A stretch of DNA of 64,000 bases from NCBI GenBank assembly GCA_024137785.1, contig JAHRHZ010000211.1:538012-602011 (forward strand). The letters are read 5' to 3'. The stretch is from Ginglymostoma cirratum. Taxonomy: Eukaryota. A model generated the notes under the pieces. That model saw nothing but the letters and a program-made list of their open reading frames with translations, was not told where the DNA came from and did not search any database. The position numbers and the translations under genes were made by a program. Position 1 is the first letter of the stretch. Each line of letters begins with the position of its first letter. Positions 53,843 through 64,000 of the stretch are shown here, piece after piece.

Positions 53843-56403
53843 TGGAGATTTTTCTTCAGTTGTACAGGACACTGGTGAGTCATATCTTGAGTGCGGTATA
53901 CACTTACAGTTACCTCACTTCAAAAGTAAATAGATTTGGCGCAGTTCAGCGAAGGATTACCGGATTAAACGAAACAGAACACAGGAACAGCAGTAGGCCA
54001 TTCGGCCCTTTGAGCCTGTTCCACCATTTAATATGGTCACGGCTGATCATTTAATTCAGTGTCTTGTTCCTACTTGCTCCACGTACACTTGGATCACTTT
54101 AACCGCAAGAACTATACCAAACTCCTTATCAAAAACTTTCAATGTTTTGGCCTCAACTGCTTTCTCCGACAGAGAATTCTACAGGCTCTCAATCCGAGTG
54201 AAAAACTTTCTCCGTATCTCATACCTACTTGGCCTATCCTGTATCTTTAAACCGTGACCCAGGAATGGGTGGGTAAGCTTAAGAAGAAAGGATGGACAGG
54301 CTTGTATCCACTACAGTTTAGAAGAGAAGACAGGACTTGATCGAGACCAACAAGATCCTGACAGACCTTGATAGGTTGGATAAGGACAGAATACTTGGTC
54401 TGTTTCCATGCTGTATGACCGACTCGAGAGAAATTTGAGCGGTTTAAAACTAAGGGATTGCCTATTTAAAATAGAGAGAAGCCAATTTTCTTTTTCTCTG
54501 AGGATTGAGGTCTTCGGAACTCTGCTCCTCCTTGTGAGGGTGAGCTGGATAGTTATAAGTCACTAAGGTGCCACAGAAGGTCAGTTTTCATGAAGCTCAC
54601 CCTGTAGAGACAGCTTCCAGCAAAGCTACACCCTTTGCGATGCTCCTTCAGTTGGCCCTTAGCTAGAGTGATAATGTAACATTGAAGCACATGAGTTTCC
54701 AAATTATAATATAGGTGCAGCGCTCAGGTCTGCGCTTATTAAGTTTTGCCTTCAGTGTCCGGATGTTCCACACCCCTGACTTCATTCTGATGTGGAAGAT
54801 GACTTCTTAAATAAAAAAACTTGGGCCGGTTGTTGAATGGTGTCAATTTCTCAGTCTCGACAGAGCAAAGTCTTGATCCATGACAAAAGGTGCTCCAAGA
54901 TGACTGCAGGTCAGACTTTGTTAAACATGAGCAGGGACTGCACGTGATCATAATCCTCATAAACCAATTCCGGACAAGTCCTGAATCTTCACTTTCAGAA
55001 ATTACTCCATCAGTGCGTCACTAACACTCTACTCTTCAAGAATCTTCTGGAGTTCACTCTCTAGATCACAACTTGTTGATACTCCATGTCGACTCCAGCC
55101 TATCAACATTAACATAAAAGTCAACTAAAACTGTGACCTCATAGCATAGGTATATTGCACTGCCCACTGTCGATTTCAGTTTTTACACGAACCAGTGACA
55201 TTATGCCTCCCTCTCTTTTACATTCGTCTCTTGGTGACCAGTGACCATTCTCTCTCCTGAATTCTGCCAAGTAGGCCACACTCTCCCTTCCGCTCGTCAA
55301 ACCAGCTGAGACACCTGATCCAAAATCCTGGACACAATGTCAGCCCAAGTTGCTCCTGCCTGTTTCAGGTGAGAATATTTTGCATATAGCTGTTATTAAC
55401 TTTTGACTTGGCCACCTTTGATCCCATGTAACCAAGCCATGCAGACTTGCTGTCGGACAGAATTCGGAACAAATCACACAACCCTTCTCACTCCTCACTC
55501 ACATTCATAATGGGGTCAGATTTGACACCCCCAGGTAGGTTTCCAGCTGCAAAATCATTAAGATGATCTATTACAACCTCCATAACAACTGCCTGACCTC
55601 AGCTCACGCGTTGCCGAAATGGTCATCCAACTTTTTGTTAGCTCTAGGCCCAACTATTCCAACCCAGTGCTGGCTCAGTTCATACATTCTATTATTTGTA
55701 TCCTTGAGGCTATCGAAGGCTGTTATCCGTGTCCTTATGCACACCGTCTAATCGGCCCATCAGTGCTCGCTGACGTACATTGCTAAAAGGATTTTAAAAT
55801 TCATAACCTTGCTTTCAAAGGTCTCACCCATTCTTCTCATATCCTCCAGCCCCAAACCCTGCAAGACAGTGAACCAATTTCGTTTTGGCTTCAGCATCCT
55901 GAATTTTCATTGCTCCACCACTGATGGCCATGTCGTCAAGGTGTCCCAAACTCTAGAATTTTTCTGAAGCCTCACTCTTTTGTCCTTTATTGCACAGAAG
56001 TTTTTGACCAGGCTTTTGGCCATCAACTGTAATATTGTCTTCTATGGCTTGAGGCCATAACATGGCTTTCAATTACCTTGGAATCATGTTGAAAAAGTTC
56101 TAGGAACACATGAGACATATTCTCGCTGCAACATTAACTATGTCACTTGGCTTTTTTTGATTTAGGAAAACACTTGAGCCACCTAAGTACCAATTCAAAG
56201 CTGTTCTTCTACCTAAACTCAGTCAGCTTTTATTCTCCACAGAGCCATTGATGTAGGTTTACTAAACAATAATCCACAGTGCTCCTCTATCAGTATAGAG
56301 GTTGCATAAATTCTCTCGCCACAGTGACAGAACTTTGAAGAGTGTCTCAACAAGGTTATGTAAAAACACTTTCAAGTTCAAACAAGTAATTTGAAATACT
56401 GAC

Positions 56404-56424
56404 CTGTGTTCTGAAGACTGACAC
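56404..56424 (-). CDS. smad10: smad10 21-nt micro-exon: (G)VSLQNT(A)
   Basis: Minus strand reads tctctatttttgttttgcag|GTGTCAGTCTTCAGAACACAG|gtcagt. Phase 1-1, at the position of the short NES exon of SMAD4. Confidence 0.8.
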
Positions 56425-57548
56425 CTGCAAAACAAAAATAGAGACTTTTTAGTGTCCACTGGAGTCTGAAGGAAGAGAAAGCTGCAGAAAGAGAAAGGAC
56501 CGTTCATACTTCCAGTCAGCCATTATCTGTGGCCAACTACAAAGCAATACTCTCGTGTACCATGACAAAAGCCAGTCAATGGCTTCACTCTGCAGCTAAT
56601 CAGATGCTCCATATGTTCCTGAGATACAACACAAAGTTAGCAACCGAGTGTGATTTTCATCCAGCGTCAACTTCCCAGAGTTTCCCTGAACACAGTTCAA
56701 AACCAACCTTGCTGTCCTATGAAATTTGTTAGGAGAGGCAACGTAACACCAAATTTATCTCGGTCACAATGATTTCTTTTGTTCCGCTTACAGTTCATAT
56801 TGCCTTCTCACAAATATGGAGTTCTTAACCAGTGACTTCGCTAATTCCTGTTCTGCTCTTTTACATCAAGTGTTCTCAAAACTGTCAACACTTCCCTTCT
56901 TTAAGAGTTCTGGCTAACTTCAAGGTTTTCATCATGATTGTTCATGTGCCCATTTGCCACAATAAATACTCCGTGACTTCAACCTTCGAACAATTGTAAC
57001 AATCCAATTCTTTATCGGGGAAACTCCAAAATCTGTTTTTTGGGATCTAGTATCGTGCACTTCTCAATAAGCCATCTCCAAGGTTATACAATTTCATTTT
57101 AAGTCAATATCTATGCTGTGGCTGGTCCCTCCAACTCCAAGGTTCCCCACTTGCTTCATTCAGTGATTCTTTCAGGTGATGACTCAAGAACTTGTACAAT
57201 TGCTTACATCCAGCTCAATCTCTTAGAAACTAAAAGCCGTGAATTCAGCTTCCTCAGTTTATCTTCTGCCTACAAAATTTGAGCTTTAACTAAACATTTA
57301 CTTCTTGACGTCTGGCTTTCTCACCTAATTTTCCAGAATGCTGAATACTTAAGTTGGACATGTCAATAAAATGACAGCAGTGTATGCCCAAGTATTTCTC
57401 TTTTCACAAAGCAGGAATTCACCAGTAACGTCAGAGAGAGTTCGAGGAAACTTACGGAATGGGAATAAATAGGTGCGAGGTTAGCAATTTTAAATTGTTG
57501 CACTTGTGAGCTCTTTGTGAATTCTGTAAAAGCTAATAACACACTTCA

Positions 57549-57776
<228 letters not shown>

Positions 57777-58074
57777 TTAATGAAATATCATCAAATACAT
57801 TTATTGTATGGCTTAACCGTGTCGTTGAACATCGGAAAGCCCACTATCTTCTGCATTAACCTTGCACTAACCTGGTGCTATACTATCAGTTCTGTCCATC
57901 TCAGTTCCCTGCTACTAAACACGGAGGCCTTTTGAAAACTATTTGTTGTCTGCCAAATCGTCTGCAGTGCCCAGAGGTCCGAATCGATTTTCCAGTATTG
58001 CAAAGAGAAGCAACTTGCATCCTGAAGAACCTGACCACATCCTCAAAATATCCTGAAGCACTCAATTAACTTCT

Positions 58075-59385
58075 TATTAAAGGTGCGTGAAATTCTTAAG
58101 ATGCCATCCTTGATGCAAGAACTGCCATATAGCAGTAAGGGCTTGGATGGAGAGGATTTTGTCAAGAGTGTTCAGGAAAACTTCCTCAATCAAAATGTAG
58201 ATGGCCCTACTAGAGAAGGGGCAAAACTCAACCACCTCTTGGGAAATAAGGCAGGGCAAGTGACTCAGGTGTCAGCGAGGGAGCACTCTGGGACCAGGGA
58301 CCATAATTTTATTAGTTTTAATAAATTAGATAGGCCCAGTCCACAAGTCAAAGCTTTACATTCGGGTTAAGGCCCATTTTGTTGGTATTAGGAATTTCCA
58401 AAACTTGATTGGGTGAGGCTGTTCACAGGTAAAACGGATGCCTGGCAAGTGGGAGATTTTCAAAAAAGTGAGAAACAAGAGTTCAGGGCAAGCATGTTCC
58501 TGTTAGTGAGAAGGGCAAGGCTAGCAGGAGTAGGGGACACTGGATGACTTGACATATTGAGGCACTAGTCAAGAGAAAGGAAGAGGCATGTGTCAGATAT
58601 CGGCAGCTGGGTTCAAGAGAATCCCTTGAGGAGTATAGGGGATGTAGGAATACACAGGAGAGAGAAGTTAGGAGGGCAAAAAGGGAATGTGATAACTTCA
58701 GCTGACAAGGTAAAATAGAATCCAAAGGGATTCTACAAATATATTAAAAGGGCAAAAGAGTAACTAGAGAGAAAACAGAGCTCCACAAAGCCCAACAAGG
58801 TCATCCGCAATAACAAGGTGCGGAGCTGGATGAACACAGCAGGCCAAGCAGCATCATAGGAGCAGGAAAGCTTGACATTTCGGGCCTAGACCCTTCATCA
58901 GAACAAGGTCATCTATGTACACAGCCAAAGGAGATGGATGAAATCCTAAATGAATATTTTCCATCAGTATTTACCATGGTGAAAGACACGGAAGGTACAG
59001 AACTCAGGTATGTAAATACTGATGGCTTGAAAAGACTCCACATTCCAGAAGAGGTGGTGTTGGGGGTCTCAAAATGCATGCAGATAGATAAATCCACAGG
59101 ACCTGGTCAAGTGTATCCCAGGACACGGTGGGAAGCTAGCAAAGATATTTGTACCATCAAGAACCATAGGTGTGGTGCCAGAAGACTGGAGGGTGGCTAA
59201 TGGGTTGTGTCATTATTTAAGACAGGCTGCAAGGAGCAGCCAGGGAACCGCAGACCAACGAGCCTGATGTCCGTGGTAGTTAAGTTGTTGGAGGGGATTC
59301 AAAGGGACAGAATCTAAATGCATCTGGAAAGGCAAGGACAGATTAGGGATAGTTAGCATGGCTTTGCGTGTGGAAAACTGCGTCT
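58075..59385 (+). mobile_element. HER1/CR1 LINE middle fragment
   Basis: VQENFLNQ.VDGPTREGA, LNEYFPSVFT and DKSTGPG motifs. Confidence 0.85.
58806..58901 (-). mobile_element. 96-bp Penelope pLTR mini-insertion
   Basis: Close copy of 1551-1642; aacaaggtcatc duplicated at 58794-58805 and 58902-58913. Confidence 0.85.
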
Positions 59386-59544
59386 AGAAATTATTCATAT
59401 GTTTGTTTCTTTGGCAAATTCTACTAAGTCAAAAGAAACAAACATATGAATAATTTCTGGCTCCTCCTCAAATAAAAATCACAGGATCTCTCCTGTCTGC
59501 CTAACAGAAAAGAAAAAATACAGGGTCTGGTTTCCTCTATAATG

Positions 59545-60045
59545 AACATACATTAGTAGGCTATTCAGTCCCTACAGCCTGCTCCACCCTTCAATTCGAT
59601 CATGACTGTTCCGACCGCCTCAATTCTATCTTCCTGCCTATTCCGAATATTCTTCGGACCCTTTGTTAATCAAGAATCCACCTCTTCATTAAAAATATTC
59701 AATGGCCTTGCCTCACCACTCGATGTGGAAGAGAGCTCCATTGACTCAACTTTTGGTGAGAAAAGTTTGAGACTTACGTGAGAACCCCTTACTTTGTCCC
59801 CTTGTTCTAGTCTCTCACGTGGGGGAGACAATCTCTCAGCATCCACCCTGTCAAGTCCCCTCAGGATCTTATGTTTTTCAATAAGACCACCTCTCGTTCT
59901 CCTAAACTCCACCTGATTCAGAGACAACCTGCCTAATCTCTCCCATAAGGTAGAATTAGTTGAGTGAACCCATTCTGAATACAGTCTTGTTATTTATTGA
60001 ACAAGGATAGGAGAACTGCCCACTACATTAGATGTGACCTCACCT
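59545..60045 (-). mobile_element. Old CR1 LINE 3' end, apparently continuing at about 61150-62000
   Basis: ORF 59670..59927 (EFRRTRGGLIEKHKILRGLDRVD) is a CR1 C-terminal segment. Confidence 0.7.
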
Positions 60046-60049
60046 GTAC

Positions 60050-61148
60050 ATCTCAGAATGATTAGCAAGGTTAGATCACATGGAATACAGGGAGAACTAG
60101 CTATTTGGATACAAAACTGGCTCTAAGGTAAGAGACAGAGGGTGGTGGTGGAGGGTTGCTTTTCAGACTGGAGGCCTGTGACCAGCGGTGTGCCACAAGG
60201 ACTGGAGCTGGCATCCACCGCTTTTCATCCCTGCATGTGAACACAGGAGGCATGGTTGGAAAATTTGCAGAGGACACCAAAACTCAAGGTGTAATGGACA
60301 GTGAAGGTTAGGTCTGGGTACAGTGGGGTCTTGATCAGATGGGCCGATGGACCAAGGAGTGGTAGATAGAGTTCAATTTAGACAAATGTGAGGTGCTGCA
60401 TTTTGGAAATGCAAATCAGGGCAGGTCTTATGCACTTATTGGTAAGGTCCTGGGGAGTGTTCCTGAACAAAGGGACCTTGGAGCGCAGGTTCATAGTTCC
60501 TCGAAAGTGGAGACACAGGCATTTGGTATGCTTACCTTTATTGGTCTGTGCATCGAGTACAGGAGTTGGGAGGTCACGTTGCACTGCACAGGATATTGGT
60601 TATGCTGTTTTTGGTCTCCCTGCTATAGGATGTTATGAAACTGGAAAGGGGTCAGAGAAGATTTACAAGGATGTAGCCGGGGTGGAGTCATGGAGCTATA
60701 GGGAGAGGCTGAATACACTGGGGTTATTTTTCTCTGGAGCATAGGAGGCTGAGGGGTGACCTTATAGAGGTTTATAAAATCATGAGGGGCTTAGATAGGG
60801 TAAATAGACAAGGTCTTTTCCCCGGGTGTGGGGGGGGAGCGAGGAGGAAGAGTCCAAAACTAGAGGGGATAGGTTTAAGGTGAGAGAGGAAGATTTAAAA
60901 GGGACCCAAGTGGCAATATTTTCATGCAGGGGGTGGTGCATGTATGGAATGAACTGCCAAAGGAAGTGGGGGAAGCTTGTACAATTACAACATTTTAAAA
61001 GGCATCTGGGTGGGCATATGAATAGGACGGGTTTAGAGAGGTATGCTGGCAAAGGCGACTAGATTTCTTCAGAATATGCGGTCAGCACGGATGACTTGGA
61101 CTGAAGGGTGTGCTTTCGTGCTGTACATCTCTATGGCTTTATGACTCA
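60050..61148 (+). mobile_element. HER1/CR1 LINE 3' portion
   Basis: ggtgtgccacaagga, tttgcagaggacaccaaa, LHFG and 3' tail. Confidence 0.85.
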
Positions 61149-62014
61149 AGCAAAAGTTCCTTACTTTCATATTCCATTTCGCTAATGACAAGTATAATTT
61201 CATTTATCTTCCTAATCACTTGGTGAACTCTGTGTAATAATTTTTTGTAATTCATGCACCAAGACACCTAGATCCGCTCTGTATCTTAGTGTTCTCTAGT
61301 CTCTCTCCATTTCAGTTGGATGCTGCTCTTTCAGTCTTCCTGCCAAAGTGCTTATAATTCCTCACATTATACTCGAACTGCCAGATTCTTTGCCCACTCA
61401 CTCCACTTGTGTCCCTTTGTAGACTCCAAGTTCTCTTCACAACTTTACTTTCTCACCAGCAAATGTACCAGTCATCCATCTGGTGCGTTCATCCAATTCG
61501 GATATCAATTACGATAGTTTTTTTTTAATCCCTCAATTTGCCAACGTGAAAATGACCCAGTTATCCCTAATGTCTGCTTCTTGATGGTTAACCAATCCTC
61601 GATCTTTGTTTATATGTTACTTCCCAACACCACAAGCTTTTATTTGGTGAGTAACTTTATGTCATATCAACTGCCTTTTGGAAATCCAAGTAAACTAGAT
61701 CTAGGTGCTTTCCTTTAGCCAATGTTTCTTGTTACTTCCTCAAATAACTGTACAAAATTAACCAAAGACAATTACCCCGTCACAGAACCATACTGACTGT
61801 CTGATTGCATTGATATTTTCCAAGTGTCAAATCTCCTCAGATTCCATTTTCTTTTAACAGATTTAAAATAATTGGCCTTAGGTTTTCTGCATTCTGTTTC
61901 TCACCTTTCTCTCATCTATCCAGGAGTAACATTCATTATTTTCTATCTGTTGGGAATTTTTCAGAATCCAGGTTTGTTTGAAAATTAGAACTTTTGTATC
62001 TATGACAGATATCA

Positions 62015-62598
62015 GGCGCCGCATTATAGGAAGGATGTGGAAGCGTTGGAAAGGGTGCAGAGGAGATTTATACGAAGTTGCCTGGTATGGAGGGAAGGTC
62101 TTATGAGGAAAGGCTGAGGGACTTGAGGCCGTTTTTGTTAGAGAGAAGGTTAAGAGGTTACTTAATAGGGACAGACAAGATGATCAGAGGATTAGATAGG
62201 GTGGCATACCTCTCTAAACCCGTCCTATTCATATGCCCACCCAGATGCCTTTTAAAGTGTTGTAATTGTACAAGCTTCCCCCACTTCCTTTGGCAGCCTT
62301 TTGAGAGCCTTTTTCCTTGGATGGTGACGGCTAGCACAAGAGGACATAGCTTTAAATTGAGGGGTGATAGATATAGGACAGATGTCAGAGGTAGGTTCTT
62401 TACTCAGAGAGTAGTAAGGGCATTGAATGCCCTGCCTGCAACAGTTGTAGACTTGCCAACTTTAAGGGCATTTAAATGGTCGTTGGATAAACATATGGAT
62501 GATAAGGGAATAGTGTAGGTCAGATGGGCTTCAGATTGGTTTCACAGGTCGGTGCAACATCGAGGGCCGAAGGACCTGTACTGTGCTGTAATGTTCTA
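62015..62598 (+). mobile_element. CR1/HER1 LINE 3' fragment containing a 93-bp inverted insert
   Basis: SYEERLRDL...FFTQRVVRALNALP C-terminus; tail as at 812-960. Confidence 0.85.
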
Positions 62599-62829
62599 AC
62601 TCTGGTAGCGCAGCCTCTCTTACTGAGGCTCCTAAATGCCAGTCTAGATTGTGATCAAATCTTCAAGTCAACCCGAATCAACCAGCTCAGATCAGAATCA
62701 CTGCTGAACTAAACTCCTACAAATTTGAGACCTATACCAACAGACTGCTCACAGAAATAACTCCATTTCATTAGCATTATCTCTGGATATCTCAAAAAAT
62801 CTTATCAAGCTCTTTTGAAGTGAAATTAT

Positions 62830-64000
62830 CTGTTGTATTGCAAGGTTTCTTCAAACATATTAATAGTAACAGATTAGTGAAGGATAGCATGGAGCCCTTT
62901 AGGAATAAACTGCTCACTGAAGAAAAGGATATGGCAGAGGCACCAGATGAATGTTTTGCTTCTGTCTTTACCAAGTTAGAAGATCGTAACAATGGCCTAG
63001 TTGAAAACGTGGGTGTCGAGCAACTGAGCAGTATGGCGATAGGTAATGAAGAGGTGCTAAGGGCTGGCAACACTCCAGATAGAGAAGTTGCCTGGCCCAG
63101 ATGGAAGGTGTCCGACATTGCTAAGTGGAGCTAAGGCAGCAAACTGCGGAGCTGTTGACAGAAATTTTCCAGGCCTTTCTGAACACAGGATGAGTCCCAC
63201 TGGAGAACTACAAGTGTGACTCTGTTGTTTAAGAAAGGGACAAAGCATAACCCAGGAAACTACAGACCTGTCAGCTTGACATCAGTAGTGGCAAAACTGA
63301 TGGAGGCCATAATATGGGATAAGGCAAATATATACAGACAAAAATAAGTTAATACTAGATAGTATACACAGCTTTGTCAAGGGCTAGTCATATCTGACAA
63401 ACTTGAGTTCTTTGACGAAACGGCACAGGTGTGGTTGAGGGTAGTGCTGTGGATATCATATTTGGACTTTCAGAAAACATTTGATACATGCGGTTAGCAA
63501 ATTCGAAACGTTTGGGATTGTTGGGTTCTTGGCAGCTTGGATTCAAAGTTGGCTAAAAGGTAGGAAACACAGTTGGTATGGATGGGCATTGCTCAGACTG
63601 GAGAGGAGCTGAAAGTGGTGGTCCACAGGGATCAGTGTTAGGACTCTTTTTCTGATTTACACGAACAATTTGGAGGTGGGTGTTGAGGGCAACATCTCAA
63701 TTTGCTGATGATACTAAGCTTGGGAGAATACGGAATTGTCAGGAGGATTCTGAGCAACTTCAGAGGAACATCGTTAAGTTGGCCAATTGGGCAGACACCT
63801 TGCAAATGCATTTCAATGCAGAGGTATTGCATTTTGGTAGATGAAATATGGAGAGTCAACACAAGCTCAAACGGTACAACTTTGAGGGGGTACAGGAGCA
63901 GAGAGACCTCGGGGTTCACGTGAATGAGTTTCCGAAGGTGGTCAGGCAAGTTGAAATAGTTAAGGCGGCTTATAGGATCCTTGCGGTTATAAATCGAGGT
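62830..64000 (+). mobile_element. Decayed CR1 LINE RT fragment running off the window
   Basis: ccaggaaactacagacctgtcagcttgac (PGNYRPVSL), ttggactttcagaaa and tttgctgatgatactaag (FADDTK). Confidence 0.82.

Larger units (their letters stand above)
51640..54520 (+). mobile_element. Decayed CR1 LINE hosting nested insertions
   Basis: RT and 3' segments continue across insertions at 52172-52657, 53629-53842 and about 53970-54260. Confidence 0.7.

Overview
Vertebrate nuclear DNA, very probably a shark (HE1-type SINEs, HER1/CR1 LINEs, shark-type Penelope-like repeats). No prokaryotic features. Two convergent, intron-containing genes were assembled by eye from GT-AG exons. (1) The last six coding exons of metaxin-1 (mtx1, + strand, 1096-6875); its 5' exons lie before the window. 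(2) Ten coding exons of a co-Smad of the Smad4-beta/smad10 paralog type (- strand, 57731-19355; 1461 nt, frame-consistent, 486 aa plus stop); its first coding exon was not found and probably lies beyond 64000. Introns are filled with nested CR1/HER1 and L2 LINE fragments, tRNA-derived SINEs, one clean solo LTR and at least seven Penelope-derived insertions with target-site duplications, several of which fold back and carry minimal hammerhead ribozyme motifs. There is a 400-N gap at 30501-30900. Best leads: a 21-nt micro-exon without the Smad4 export signal, loss of the MAPK priming site (T277 equivalent is Ala), an in-frame 81-nt candidate extra exon, a sense solo LTR just upstream of a linker exon, the hammerhead-bearing fold-back elements, and several templated inversions. 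All homology calls rest on recalled sequences, not searches; repeat boundaries are approximate unless a TSD is quoted.
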